From assembly GCA_020184695.1 (NCBI GenBank), contig JAANOX010000017.1:124001-188000 (forward strand): a stretch of 64,000 nucleotides of DNA, written 5' to 3'. Each line of letters starts with the position of its first letter. Positions within the stretch are counted from its first letter, which is position 1. The translations under genes and the position numbers were made by a program. The stretch comes from Histomonas meleagridis 2922-C6/04-290x. Its lineage: Eukaryota; Protista; Parabasalia. This document shows positions 39,051 through 52,265 of this stretch, one piece after another. The notes below the pieces were generated by a model. The model saw only the letters and a program-made list of their open reading frames with translations, was not told where the DNA came from and ran no database searches.

Positions 39051-42000
39051 TTAAACAACAAGAAATAGTTCATAAGGATCACCGTTTGATGTTCTACAAT
39101 TTCTTAATTTCGCAGTTCCAGGCACTTTCATTTCTTTTCTTTGAGATGCATAATTAATATTATCGACATTACCTTTTTGTTGATAATTTTGTGCCATTAA
39201 TAACACATCAGATTCCCAATCAGGGAACGACATTTCATAATTGGAGATATACCATTTAGGCTCTTTACATTTAAAGAAAAATGTTTTAATATTTAAATCC
39301 AATTCATATTTTGTAATAATTCTTTTAGCCTCATTACAAATCATTTTACCGAATTCAGTAGCAGCGTCTAAAATTTTCCAAATTGAAAGTGTATTTTGAG
39401 ATTTATTTAACGAAAAAATGAACGAATCATTTGTTTCTCTAATTCGGCAAAAGTTTTTATTAGAATTACAAGCCAAAAATATCGATTCTGATAATTCGAC
39501 TCTAAATTTTATTAAGATTTTAGGATCAATTATTTTTGAAATTTTATTTAAATTTACGATTTTTAATATTATTATCAAAAATGATTTTAATGAAGGCTCT
39601 AATTCACAAGGTAATACATGATCTAAAGGTATAAAAATAGGATAAATTCGATAAAATAATGTTTTAAATGAATTCGTAATTTGATCATATCGATTCTCAG
39701 TCGTTTCAAAACATATTAAAACATTTGTTAATTTCATCTTAGATTTCGAACTTAAATAAAATCCTTTTATAATCATTGAATGTTCATTATCATCCATAGG
39801 TATTATCACGAAATCATTTATAAAGTTTTCTTGGAATTTTTGTATTTGTTGAAGTATCGAATTAATAGTAAATATATCAAATTGTGAATTTTCATTAAAT
39901 TTTTCACCAGTTTTAACATGTAAAGTTTCTTCGGCAAGTTTTGTTTGGAAAATTACATTTAATTTATTATCAATTACAAATAAAATTATAGGTAAATCAT
40001 TATTAGACTTCGAATGTTTTTCAATCAAATTCTTCGATTTATTTATATTATATTTTATGTTTGAAAGATTCGAAAGTTCTTCTTCATTATTATTATTATT
40101 ATCATCAATTGTATTATCATTCATAGATTTTAATAAGTTTTTACCTTCTTCTTGTTCAGCTTTTGCGAATTTTATTAAATAATGAACAAGATAAATACTT
40201 AAAGAATATATTAAAATTATGATAATAAATATTTGGATAAAATATATATAAATGTTTCGATATTCATTACTTAGATCATAAATTTGGATGTTAAATTGAT
40301 TATTTAAACTATCAAAAAATTCCGAAACACTTTGTACTCGTGAAATATATACATTTGATTCATTTAACACAGAAATTGTTAAGAAATTAATAAATGAATC
40401 AGGTATTATATTAATATAATTAGTAAATTGTGTATCTAATGATATTTCTCCAAATGTTTTATCAATAGAAAATGCAATTTGTTGTAACTTAGTATAGTTC
40501 AAATCAACTAAATAAGAGTTTATTAAATTTGTAGAATATAACGGTAACAAATTAACTTTTCCAATGTTCGAAAAAACTTGTATTATCGATGTAATATTTT
40601 TTCCAACATCATTAATAGTAAATTCAGTTACGCCGAAGAATACAATTAATGCAACAATAAATATACATTCAAGAATTAAAGTAAATTTCAAATATTTTAT
40701 TATGGACGTATCTATCCATCGATTAGGCATTCCTTGATGATTAGATCTCTTTTCAAAATTATATTTCTTCGATATTTTCGACTTAGGAATTCTTCGTAAT
40801 AATATTAAAAGTCGCTTAAATCGTTTACTTGATGAAACTAAAACAATTATTATAATACTTACAAATAATACTAACAATAAAATCGCTAATATCATAAAAC
40901 ATAATTCGAATTGTTTATCAAATAATAGAAAATCTGGAGGATTATCTATTAAATAATGTGTAGAATATATTAATGAATTAAATAAATTTTCAATGTCATT
41001 ATAACAATTAGAAACAATTACAAGTGAATAATTTATGTTTTCTGCTATACATCTAAAATATGAATCACAATATTCTTTAGTTGAATGATTTCGATAATTA
41101 ATACCATATAAAAAATTACCATATTTTAATTCATTTATATAAAACTCATTTAATATATTATATGTATTATAAGCTATATCAAAATATTCATTTATTTGTC
41201 CTGATGGATTCCAAATTTCTTTTTGTAAATTATATAAATCAACCATAAACGATTGAATGTTTACAACTGTTTTAGTTCTTGGTATATAATTTAAATGCTT
41301 TACGAAAAGCGCAACGTTAATTAAAAAATAAAATAAAAATCCAATAGTTAAAGCTAATGAAAATATAGAAAATTTACATTTTCGTTTTTCTTTTCTTATA
41401 TCTTCATGATAACTATTATAAATATCATCAGAAACAAGTTGTAAAATTTTTGGAGACTTTTTAATACTTATATAATTATATAAGTAAAATATTAATTGTT
41501 TTCGTTTTCTTCCAAGTTCAGAAGCTAATCGATACATTAAAACAGTCTCTGATACCCAAGCATGATACCAAAATTCTTTTTCTAACAATTCTATTTCATT
41601 TTGCATTTTTAATACTATTTCTTTATCATTTGGATAAACTAAATCATTATTTAACATATAAATTGTATTTGCACTATACATAAAAATAGTATTATAAAGT
41701 GAATTACAAAATCGATAACAATATTTAATTATTTCTTTCGAATTATTTGTTTTTAAGTATAATGAAGCGCGAACAATATTCCGAAAATTTAATGCATTTA
41801 TTTTAGCAATATCCATTGATTCGATTAATACTTTTGCTTTTTTATTCAAATTTAAATTATAAATAAAAATTATTTTATCAAATCCTTTTCGTGTTAATGA
41901 AAATGTTAATTGATATAAAAATAATATTATATATGAACAAACTATTATTAATGGTAAGATATAAAACATATAATAATCAGTATTATTATATGATAATGTT

Positions 42001-42803
42001 AAAATACAGACAAATGATTCATAAAGACAACAACTAAGTGCTAAACCATTCATGAAAAAAGAACAATAAATTCGAAATATAATAATATATAAACTCATAA
42101 AAATGCCAAATACAAAACGAGTAATTAATAAATTACTGTTTTTTGGCCCATAAAATACATTTAAATGCCATGAAAGAATAAAATAAATAATATAAATAAT
42201 ACCACCGATTGAGTTGGAGAAAAAAAATGGATGAATGATATGATAGGATGTCAATGAGTTAAATACTGCTTCAAAAAGAAAAACGATTGAAATGCAGATG
42301 TGAAATGAAATACAAATAGAATCAACTTTTAAAACTTCCCCAACTGTATAACTATAATAACTTCCTTTACAAAAAATGTTTATAAGCAGAATTATAAAGA
42401 TAGGAAATCCATATATCCATGTATATGTAAAACATTTAAGAACAAATGAATAGTTGATTGGATCAGAAAAAAGACATACAGTAAGAATAATGATAATAAA
42501 GGAAGTGATAAAAATAGCAAATTCTTGGGTTATAAAGATTTCTTTAGGAAGAATTTTTTTGGAAGAAAAACTTACAATAAATGATAACACATCAGAAGCT
42601 GCAAATTTGCTTTCATTTGATTCTGGGATAAATGTCATAGAAGTATTGATAATTAAAATTACAAAAAATAAAATCGTGACAAAAATATTTTTCTTTTTGT
42701 GTGTGGATATTTCTTGATGAATTCTATTTATTATTTCCATAAACTTATAATTATAAGATTTAGTTAAGTTGAATTGAGTCACATAATCCCCTTCTTCATC
42801 CAT
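39051..42803 (-). CDS. Multi-TM receptor with PAS-like and degenerate class III nucleotide cyclase domain (likely start ATG 42803)
   Basis: Many TM helices; LPIILFVIDNKLNV PAS-like segment; SFPDWESDVLLMAQ aligns to the cyclase FDIWGDTVNVA motif but lacks the catalytic residues. Confidence 0.6.
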   Translation of the reverse strand: MDEEGDYVTQFNLTKSYNYKFMEIINRIHQEISTHKKKNIFVTILFFVILIINTSMTFIPESNESKFAASDVLSFIVSFSSKKILPKEIFITQEFAIFITSFIIIILTVCLFSDPINYSFVLKCFTYTWIYGFPIFIILLINIFCKGSYYSYTVGEVLKVDSICISFHICISIVFLFEAVFNSLTSYHIIHPFFFSNSIGGIIYIIYFILSWHLNVFYGPKNSNLLITRFVFGIFMSLYIIIFRIYCSFFMNGLALSCCLYESFVCILTLSYNNTDYYMFYILPLIIVCSYIILFLYQLTFSLTRKGFDKIIFIYNLNLNKKAKVLIESMDIAKINALNFRNIVRASLYLKTNNSKEIIKYCYRFCNSLYNTIFMYSANTIYMLNNDLVYPNDKEIVLKMQNEIELLEKEFWYHAWVSETVLMYRLASELGRKRKQLIFYLYNYISIKKSPKILQLVSDDIYNSYHEDIRKEKRKCKFSIFSLALTIGFLFYFLINVALFVKHLNYIPRTKTVVNIQSFMVDLYNLQKEIWNPSGQINEYFDIAYNTYNILNEFYINELKYGNFLYGINYRNHSTKEYCDSYFRCIAENINYSLVIVSNCYNDIENLFNSLIYSTHYLIDNPPDFLLFDKQFELCFMILAILLLVLFVSIIIIVLVSSSKRFKRLLILLRRIPKSKISKKYNFEKRSNHQGMPNRWIDTSIIKYLKFTLILECIFIVALIVFFGVTEFTINDVGKNITSIIQVFSNIGKVNLLPLYSTNLINSYLVDLNYTKLQQIAFSIDKTFGEISLDTQFTNYINIIPDSFINFLTISVLNESNVYISRVQSVSEFFDSLNNQFNIQIYDLSNEYRNIYIYFIQIFIIIILIYSLSIYLVHYLIKFAKAEQEEGKNLLKSMNDNTIDDNNNNNEEELSNLSNIKYNINKSKNLIEKHSKSNNDLPIILFVIDNKLNVIFQTKLAEETLHVKTGEKFNENSQFDIFTINSILQQIQKFQENFINDFVIIPMDDNEHSMIIKGFYLSSKSKMKLTNVLICFETTENRYDQITNSFKTLFYRIYPIFIPLDHVLPCELEPSLKSFLIIILKIVNLNKISKIIDPKILIKFRVELSESIFLACNSNKNFCRIRETNDSFIFSLNKSQNTLSIWKILDAATEFGKMICNEAKRIITKYELDLNIKTFFFKCKEPKWYISNYEMSFPDWESDVLLMAQNYQQKGNVDNINYASQRKEMKVPGTAKLRNCRTSNGDPYELFLVV

Positions 42804-42864
42804 ATCTGGAACTTTTTCTATGAAAATAAAAATATGACATTCAATTTTTTTTATCAATTATTTT

Positions 42865-43134
42865 ATGCCAAACCTAATGGAACAAAAGGAAAATATTATT
42901 TCGATCAAACAACATTCATTAATCAAAAAAGTAATTGAATACTGTGAAAAACAAATAGCTAATGAAGGGTTTGAAAAAATTATCCTAGTAGGTGAAGGAA
43001 AAGCTGTTAATAAATGTATATCAATTGTCGAAATTTTAAAACGAAAGTATCAAAACTTAAAACAGAGCACAACACTTGATGAAGATCCTAACCATCCAAA
43101 TGAACCACGATTGACCATTACTTTGTCCAAATAA
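42865..43134 (+). CDS. Alba-domain protein
   Basis: IILVGEGKAVNKCISIVEILKR...EPRLTITLSK. Confidence 0.8.
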   Translation: MPNLMEQKENIISIKQHSLIKKVIEYCEKQIANEGFEKIILVGEGKAVNKCISIVEILKRKYQNLKQSTTLDEDPNHPNEPRLTITLSK

Positions 43135-43457
43135 TTTTATTAATTATCTTATTAATAAATCTATATGTATGAATAAAACAAACCTATAAATAAACTTAAT
43201 TAACAATTTGAAAATTATTATTATAATCACTTATAAAACAAATTAAATGTTTCTTCCAATTATTTTTTTAAGCTTATTAACTATACTTAAGTAGTGTATA
43301 TTTGGTTAAAACGTTGTAGATTAAATGATCTTTAATAATATTTTGCATTTGCATTGATCAAAATTTCAATCATAAATTTTTTATTTCGCTTTGATCTCTT
43401 TTGAACATTTATGAGTTCTTATTTTTGATAATAATGTTTTTGAAACACTTTCTTCTA

Positions 43458-46400
43458 ATGGATCAATATTTTGCATTATTGTTGTACGATCATTTTCTAT
43501 TTAAAAAGTCAGTCAATTATCAATTATCTGCAGATCTTAAAAAATAACGAAAACCAAATTTCCTCTTTTCTCTTTATTCAAGAACATTAGAACCAAAGTA
43601 AAAATACCTAAATATTTCCCGTGGTTTGTTTATGTTATTGTTTTTATACAAACTTCTGCAATCATTTTATATGTAGATTTACCTTCTAATTTATTATCAC
43701 CAAATATTCTACCAGAAACAGGCGATCATTTCTTGTTGATACTTTTGTTAACTCCATGGTATGGAGAATTGAATTTTGCTTTATATGATCTTATTATTAT
43801 CTTAATTATACAATTTTCTATATTTGCTCTCATTTTTTATTGTATGCAAATAACTAAATCCGGGAAGTTTGTTTCAATTCATTATTTAACAATTATTCGT
43901 TATTTAATTTTTTTATTTTCAACAATTTTAGTCATTCCTCTTTTATTTAGATTTGCTGCCAGTATAGAATATCTTATTATAACCAAAGATATCACTGCGT
44001 TAATTCTTAACATCATCAGTTATATATTTCAATTTATCATTATTTTCATAAATTCAATTTTTTTTGAACAATGTGGCTTTATATCAGAACATTCTTTTTT
44101 GTTATATGATGGGAGTAGCACATGGGTCTTTTATTTAACTAGTTCCATTTCTATTATATTTTCTTTTCTTCAACCATTTTTTAATTTTAACATTAAACTT
44201 AAACAAGGAATTGCATTTATTATATTAGTATTAAATATTTTTATCTTTTATTTTCGAGTAATTCCAATGATTCATCTTACTATACTTGAACAATTTATTG
44301 ATACTACATCTATTTTATATATTCCAATAATATTAATAATAAATTCATTTAATGAAATTGCTGTTTTATATAAATTTTTAATATTTTTATTATTAAATAT
44401 TATTTATTTAATAATATTATATTCGATTTGTAAACAATGTAAAAAGAAATCAATTGAAATGTTATCAAATAAAATGATTTCTCATTTTACAATTAATAAA
44501 TTCACGTTATATAACTTTTCGACATTAATTCGAACATATTCTATATATATTTCTAATCCAAATGATTTAGAACAAATTAATAAACTTAATTTATTTAATG
44601 AAAATGTTTCAGCGCAAATAGAAATATTTCGATTTTTAGGATTATTTCCAAATAAAAGGGAACAAATTCTTGATGAAATTAATAACATAAAAACAAAGAA
44701 TATTCATAATAAGTTTTTATTGTTTTTAATTCATGAAAGATTATCAGAGTTAACATTAAGATCGAAAAAAGAAGATCGAATATATTTCAACCAATTATTT
44801 CGACAATATATTAAAAGTATTATTAAATATTGGAAATATAATTATAAAAAATCGAAGTATTTAAGTTTAAAATATGGAATTAATTCTATTTGGTTATATC
44901 ATGAATTAAACCATGAAATTAAATCATTAATAAATCGTTTTCCTTTTGATATTAAAGTACGTGAATATTATATAAATTTCTTAAAGATTACTAATGGCGA
45001 TATTGAAACCATTAAAAACCAAACTGAAATTAATAACCAATTAAAATCAAATCCAAATAATATAACAGATCCTTTATTACATTTCATATCATCAAAGATG
45101 CCAAATATTTTATTATATTTAACAAAAGAAGAAGTTAATAATTGTAGTTATACAATACAATATTATTCTAAAAAGAATTCATTCCATCAAAATACAACGC
45201 AAACAATTTCAAAATGTTTAAGTAAACCTTTAAAGACAAAATTATATTCTGTGTTCTTTAGCCATATTTATTCGATTATTTTATTAATATTCTTTGCATT
45301 TTTAGTAATTGATCATGAATATACTTCTTCTTCGATATCTGATACCACTACTTCTATTATAAACAATTCGATTGATCAATTTTATATTAGTTTTACTAAT
45401 TATTTAACTCCAATAGTATCTTTTAATAAAATTGTTACATTTAAAATAGGTAATAGTAGTTCATGTGTTAATTTTTTTATAGAAATTAATACGAAAATGG
45501 CAACATATTTTAAACAATTTCCTGAATTAAAAAATTATTCTTCTTATTATATCGCACCGAAAATTGCATTTTTTAATTCACAAGATCAAAATAATTTTGA
45601 CTTTTGTAAATGCGTAAGTTATATTTTAAAGTCACCAACAATTTATGCTAATGAAAGTTTTACAAATGCAATTAAAGCTATTAATAGTACTATAAATCAA
45701 ATACAAATTGAAGTTCGTAATTTTGCTCATAGAGATCGATTTATTATAATAACTTGTAGTTATTTAATCGGTATTATATTTATTACAATTATTTACCTCT
45801 TTTCGATATATATATATTTATCATTTAAAAATCGAAATTTTAAAATTTATAATGAATATTTATGTTCTAAGAAAAGAAAAGAATTACTTTTGCAAAATAA
45901 AATCGATGAATCTTGGGAACTATTAAAATATTTCGAACCTAAAATTCGAGATTTTAATAAAAACGTCAATTATCAAAACAAAAGATTTTCGAATACATTT
46001 ACTAATGATTCATTTTCAAGTTTCTCTTCATCACAAAAAAACACATTAATTGATAAACCACAAGAAAACATTGAGTTACATATAATTGATAATGAAGAAA
46101 TTGAAGAATTAAAAATAGAAAATGAGAATAAAACTAATAATAATAACAAGAAAAATGAAAAACTCAAAATAAAAGAATTTATGTTTTCTTATTTAAATGT
46201 ATGGATTGTATGTTTTATTATATTATATATATTAGTAATTCCACATTTATTACGTGTGAATTCACAAACATTAAATCATGAATCATTTCGAAAAGATTCT
46301 GCGCTTCCAACTATTTATTTAATAACATTAGTAGATAACATTTATAAATCGATTGTGAATAAAGACATTTACATTGATAAAATCAATTTTTTCTCAAACA

Positions 46401-47653
46401 AATTAAGTAATTCGACAAATGAAATAAATTATTTATATTTAGAAAATAGATTAGATGAATATAATCAAACAATTAATATGAAAACTTTAGTCGAAAAATT
46501 TGTACAAAATGAATTTACACAAAATGAAACATTATATTATTTCATACCTAAATTATTTAATTTTGTAGAGAAATGTTTTATTGATGTCTTTATATATAAA
46601 GCAAGCACAAAAGAAATATTTCATATGACGGACACTTTTTTTTATTTTATTTTTATTATAATAATTTCAATTATTATATTTATATGTGGAATCAAAAAAT
46701 ATTATTTAATAAATAAATCAATAGGTAAATTATTTATATTCCCACATCGTTATTTCAAAAACAATTTCATACAAAAATCAAATTTTCCCGAAAATTTATT
46801 AGTGATAACTATTAATTCTGAAACAGGTAAAATATTTTCTGTCTCTGAGAATAGTCAAAACATAATAAATATTTCATCATATTCTTTAATTAATAAAGAT
46901 TTTAATGAGTTATTCATCCAAAATAAAGCAAATGATCCGCAATTTTTAGTATTAAAGAATTCGAATCAACGAATTTTCCGCGTACAAAAAATTGTTAAAG
47001 GTCAAATTATGCAGTTTTATCTTTTGGATGATTTCGGTAACATTTTAAACAAGTCAACAAATCAAAATAATATAACACAACTATCGAAATCAATGTCATC
47101 TTTTTTCGCTAAACAATTTGCTGATGTTGATTCGTTCACTTTAAAGAATTCGTATTTCATTTTTATTCATTTTAAACATGTCTCTTTCCAAGAAATCGAA
47201 TCTATTTTTTCTGCGTTTGTTTTACTTCTTAAAAAATCTTTCCCCAACGTAAATATCATTAAATCTTCCGGATCATTAATCATATTATCTTTGTCTTCAA
47301 CTATAATTTCTACGTTGTTTTTCATTAGGGAAATTTTGTTGAATCAAAGAATAGCTGTGGGTATACATTCGATTTTGATATATTTCATTAAGGAATGTAA
47401 ATTCTCGATGTTCATCGATGATAAACCGAATGTAAAATGTGAAACTTTGCTGATTTCTCATTTGGAATTCGCTTTTTATTCGGTGTCCGAAAATTTGATT
47501 GCGTTCGACGTCGAAATTAAAAATTCGGAAAACGATTTGTTTAAAGATGTAATATTCGATGATGTCGATATGCCTTTGCTAAATGATGAAATTCATTTGG
47601 TGTCTATTAAAATCCAGGACTTTTTGTCAATGGTAATGAATGCTTTTCATTAA
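43458..47653 (+). CDS. Multi-TM PAS/degenerate cyclase-like receptor; one frameshift at the A6 run 43539-43544
   Basis: ATG 43458 frame stops at AAA TAA (43542-43547); the adjacent frame is open from 43541 into the 1306-aa ORF; architecture parallels 39051-42803. Confidence 0.6.
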
Positions 47654-48042
47654 TTAGAAATATTATTGTTGTTTATTAATAAATTGTTTTTGTTTTTTCA
47701 TTTATTATTATCGATAGAAAATGTATAACACATTTATACAATTCGTTTCCACATATATTTAAATTGATGTTTTCGTTTGAATATATTTTACATATTTAGG
47801 TTGATATCAACAAATTAAGCAATACTGTGTAATTTAAAGACATTATTAAGCAATTTGGGATGTAGGAAAAATCCTTCATTGAAAATTCTCTATTTTTTCA
47901 TCCTCTACACCAAAGAAAATTTTTGGCAAATTTGTTAACTAACAAAAAATTTGATTAACTGAAGTGCAATTAAAAAGTATGATAAAAAGCGCCTTACAGA
48001 CTCATTATATTAAAATAATTCAAAAAAAGAACAAACAACAAA

Positions 48043-49101
48043 TCAGCCGTTTATTATTCCGCTAAAGAAACTTAAAATACAAGAAAAGCTATTTGCCAAA
48101 GAGCCGAAGAACAAAACGATTGGCAAACATTTAATTTTTGGGTCGTCCGCTCCTAAAATTTGTGCATGAATCCAAGTTATAGCCAATATTATCTGTGCTA
48201 TTGGTAGCGCGGTGAGTCCGAAAGCTATGTAGCCGAGAGGTTCGAATATTTTTTTGAGTTTTATTTCGTTTTTATTTTTGTCGATTTTTGTTACATAATA
48301 AGGCAAAAGTAAATGAAGAATTTGCGATTGGATAAGAAATGGAAATGAAAAAAATGAAAAAAGGTTAGAGATAATTGAAAACAAAACAAATATTTTTTCA
48401 TTTCTTTTATGATAATAATATAAAATTAGATAAACAGTTAATGAAACAATATCAAAATATTGTGAAAATGAAATTATAAAATTCGTTGACTTGGAATATA
48501 ATTGACGAATAGGAGAAATAAAACATTCGTTAGATAATAAATCAGCTGATGGATGACAATAGCGATAATAACATAATGATGAAGTATATGGTGAAATCGA
48601 TAATATGCAACAATAGATAAGAATGACAAAATAGAGTGAAATTGAATAACTTTCGTTGTTGGATTTGTATAAATAGAAAAATATCGATGATAAAATGAAA
48701 AATAATGCAATTAAAAAATGTAATTTTTTGGATTTACGATGATAAAAAATTAACTTAAGACTGGATAAAAATATGAAACTAAGATAGATAAAAATGCTCC
48801 ACATGTCTGGATGAATATAATCGATATTTGGAAAAATTGAAGATATTATTAAGAAAACTAAAGCAATACATGGAAATGAAACTGAAACAAAAAAATTTCG
48901 TACAAATGGAATGTTAACCATTTGATATGCATTAAGTGATAATTCATATGAATTTGATGGTGGGGCTTGAAGAAAATCATTTGCTTGGAAAACTTCAAAA
49001 CACTTTAATCTATGAAAAAGTAGAGCACCTGGACCAACTGTCATTTTCCATCCTATAAGAAGAACAATGAAAGACGGAATAAGCTTTAGGACTGGAATCA
49101 T
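48043..49101 (-). CDS. Hypothetical multi-pass membrane protein
   Basis: 352 aa, about 8-9 hydrophobic segments. Confidence 0.65.
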   Translation of the reverse strand: MIPVLKLIPSFIVLLIGWKMTVGPGALLFHRLKCFEVFQANDFLQAPPSNSYELSLNAYQMVNIPFVRNFFVSVSFPCIALVFLIISSIFPNIDYIHPDMWSIFIYLSFIFLSSLKLIFYHRKSKKLHFLIALFFILSSIFFYLYKSNNESYSISLYFVILIYCCILSISPYTSSLCYYRYCHPSADLLSNECFISPIRQLYSKSTNFIISFSQYFDIVSLTVYLILYYYHKRNEKIFVLFSIISNLFSFFSFPFLIQSQILHLLLPYYVTKIDKNKNEIKLKKIFEPLGYIAFGLTALPIAQIILAITWIHAQILGADDPKIKCLPIVLFFGSLANSFSCILSFFSGIING

Positions 49102-49451
49102 CTGAAAATTTGGAAACTTTATTAAACCTTTTCAATAATATTATTTTTTTTGACATAATTTATGACACACAATTTCTTTTTCATAAAAATATCAGTATAA
49201 ATGTTTCATAGTTTTTTTTTTTTTAATGCATAATCCTCAAGTACTTCAAAAAGAAGTGGACATGTTCATGCATAATCTATGATTAATTAATTATTATCAT
49301 TAATTAATGATATATAAAAAGCAAGAAAATAACGAACCCTAAACGAAAGCCACTGGGAATAGCTTATAAATAATGGAAATTTAAGAAGTTTTAACAAAAA
49401 TCTAAAGGCAAATTTGGTGATCATCAAAAACGGTTTTACTTGTAAGCCGAT

Positions 49452-49877
49452 ATGGAAGACAATTTCAACCCATATACATCAAAAACATTACAAGGTAATT
49501 GGTATGAGGAAAGGTATTTCGAAGCTGACGAAAGAAACCAACATGTGACAATGCACACAAGATCAAAAAATGATGAAGTTTCTAATATCCCAAGAATTAC
49601 AAGAAGAATTCAACCAACCAGCCAAATATTTCAATTAGAAAATGATGAGACACCAGCACAGCATTATATGACCGTGTCACAAGAAGCATATACTTATCAC
49701 AAGCCAGATCCAAAAATGAATACTACACAAAGGAGAATTAACACAACCCCTGAAAAGCTTAGACAGATACTTGACTTTAAATTTGATGGATATATTCCTG
49801 ATTATTCAATGAAACCAATTCCTCCAGAAGAACAATTCGAAACTACTTATCAAAAAGCGTTTTCACCAAAGAAGTAG
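49452..49877 (+). CDS. Probable flagellar microtubule inner protein (GNW.EER motif)
   Basis: YTSKTLQGNWYEER at the N-terminus, as in CFAP68/CFAP107-type proteins. Confidence 0.5.
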   Translation: MEDNFNPYTSKTLQGNWYEERYFEADERNQHVTMHTRSKNDEVSNIPRITRRIQPTSQIFQLENDETPAQHYMTVSQEAYTYHKPDPKMNTTQRRINTTPEKLRQILDFKFDGYIPDYSMKPIPPEEQFETTYQKAFSPKK

Positions 49878-50118
49878 GCTTGATGTGAATATTATAGAAC
49901 TAATAAAAGGTTTTGTCAACATAGTTTTTTCAATGCATTCCCTTTTTCCCAAGGACAGCCATTTTGCAATCAATACTTGTTTCTTTAGATTTACTGTGAT
50001 AAGGTACTCTGGTGTTTTTTTTTTTGTTAACATTAATGTAATTAAGGAGATATATTTAATGGGTATTTTTAAGACGATTATTTAGAACACAAAAAGTCAT
50101 AATACAAGCACGTTTATA

Positions 50119-51120
50119 ATGAGTGCAAATATCAACCAATCAATTACCAAGGAATATGAAAAATCTAAACAATTTATCCGGGGTAACATATACTCCCAAC
50201 TTCAACAAAAAGGGGAAAAAGTCCTTGGTTTTCAAAATATATTTTTGATACTTTATGATTATTTATCATCAGATCTCATTGTATCAGCGCAACAAGCATG
50301 CCAACACCTTATCCAAGATCAGAGGGTTCTTTTTGACTATATATTGACATCAAATCTTAATTTAGATTCACATTTTAATCAGAGTCAAGAATTTCCATCA
50401 TTTGATCTTCTTCTTATTGTTTCCCTTTTAGCTACAAATGGTTCTTGTAATGTTCAAAACAATTTTTTTCTTCTTTTTCAATATTGCAGAAACTGTTTAT
50501 GTTTTTTAAAAACAATAAATCCAGATGATACAGTATATCTTAATGATCTCTTTACGCCAAAGCAAGTACAAGTTTCAGAAGCCATAAGTATTTTCAGCAA
50601 ACGAATCTGTTATATTATCGAGATGCTTTTAATATTATATTATACCATGCCGCCAAACCAACTTATTTCTAACTTCCTCAACTCATCACTTATGAGTTCC
50701 TGCGATCCAGAGATGGATGATTATACACTTTCGATCATTGGTCGAATTAACATTTCAAGCGGTGACATCGAACTCGGCCAAGAATTCTTTGATCGTGTTT
50801 CGGATGAAACTTTGCAACAAATGAACAATGCATTTCTATGCTTTTATCAGTGTCAATTTGGAAAAGCAGAAGAAATATATAAATCGATTGATGATCCAAT
50901 AGCTAAAGCGAATCAAGCTGTGTGCTTAGTGTATTTAGGACGCATTGAAGAGGCACATAAGGTATTGGTCGGGTTGGAAAAGACAGACACCAAAATAATG
51001 TGTTTTTTGTCTTTGAATACTAACATGAGATTCATTAGAGATGTGTTGCTTTCAGAAAATGATTCATCACAATTACCAGAAAATTTTCCAAAAAATGCAG
51101 AAATAAGAAGTCCAAATTAA
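50119..51120 (+). CDS. TPR protein, TRAPPC12 (TTC15)-like
   Basis: IGRINISSGDIELGQEFF and NQAVCLVYLGRIEEA resemble TRAPPC12 TPRs. Confidence 0.55.
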   Translation: MSANINQSITKEYEKSKQFIRGNIYSQLQQKGEKVLGFQNIFLILYDYLSSDLIVSAQQACQHLIQDQRVLFDYILTSNLNLDSHFNQSQEFPSFDLLLIVSLLATNGSCNVQNNFFLLFQYCRNCLCFLKTINPDDTVYLNDLFTPKQVQVSEAISIFSKRICYIIEMLLILYYTMPPNQLISNFLNSSLMSSCDPEMDDYTLSIIGRINISSGDIELGQEFFDRVSDETLQQMNNAFLCFYQCQFGKAEEIYKSIDDPIAKANQAVCLVYLGRIEEAHKVLVGLEKTDTKIMCFLSLNTNMRFIRDVLLSENDSSQLPENFPKNAEIRSPN

Positions 51121-51394
51121 ATAAATTTTTATTTTGCGATGTAAAATTGTTTTTTGGGTCTTATGCTGTCATAAAGAAAGACACTAATCTGCTTAAGAAC
51201 GTGATAAAAAAAATTTAGAAAAATTTATTATTTTGTATACTAAATGTTGTCATATGATTTTGAGAATTGGATTCATTATATCTTTTTTTGATTTGCTTAC
51301 CAAGCAGAGATTAATTGGGTATCTTTATAATAATATTTGAAATTATTTTTTATTTCAATTTTTAATGATAAATTCATTACCATTTCATTTTGAT

Positions 51395-51913
51395 TTAGTC
51401 GTAGTGCCAACCTAATCCTTCATATAAGTCATCACATGTTGTAGCACATGTTCCTTGTACTTTCCATGTACGATTTGTTAATGTGTTAAGTTTTAACCTA
51501 TTTCCTAATTCACTTGTTTAATTGCGTTTGGAAGATCTTGCTTGTTAGCATAAACAAGTAAAATAGCATCACATAATTCATCTTCTTCAGAAGTTTATGT
51601 AAAGCGTCATGTACTTCATCAATTCTTCCAAAATCATTAGAAGAGAAAAAAAATAAGTCCTTGTGTGTTGTGGGAAAAATAACGCCAAAGGGGAAATGTA
51701 TATTGACCTCCAATATCCAAAACATTCATGTTAAGTCCTTTATATTCAAATATTTTATTAAAACCAATTGTTGGAATTGTTGTTACATGTTCACCAATTT
51801 TAAGTTTATATAAAATTGTCTTTTTTTTTTTGCTGCATCAATTCCTAATATAAGAATTCTTGTTTCTTTGTTCCTGAACCATTTATAAGATTGTTGCTAA
51901 ATATGAAACCTAT
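51395..51913 (-). pseudogene. ADP-ribosylation factor pseudogene
   Basis: [54 protein letters not shown]...LYEGLGW; ATA in place of ATG, P-loop Gly lost, several frameshifts. Confidence 0.85.
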
Positions 51914-52265
51914 TTTAAAAATGATATGATTTCATGGTTGACCATAATTTCACTGATATATATCATGTTTTGTCTGACCAAAATCTAGAGTTTGAACTTT
52001 TTGAAAATCATAAACATTTGATTTCACGTCACTTTTCATTATCCAACAATCTGTACAGATCTTATGCTTTATTTAAATTACAATTTTGTTTATGAAGGGC
52101 CTTTAGTGGCCACTTTGATTGTGATAATTAGAAACATAGCAATTTACTATAACAACAAAAAATATTTTTCCATAAATTATGTAAATACTTATTTCTGATA
52201 TTTACAAATATCCGTTAATTTTTATCGTGTCCGATTGTTTTTAATTCAAATAATTATACAACCCA

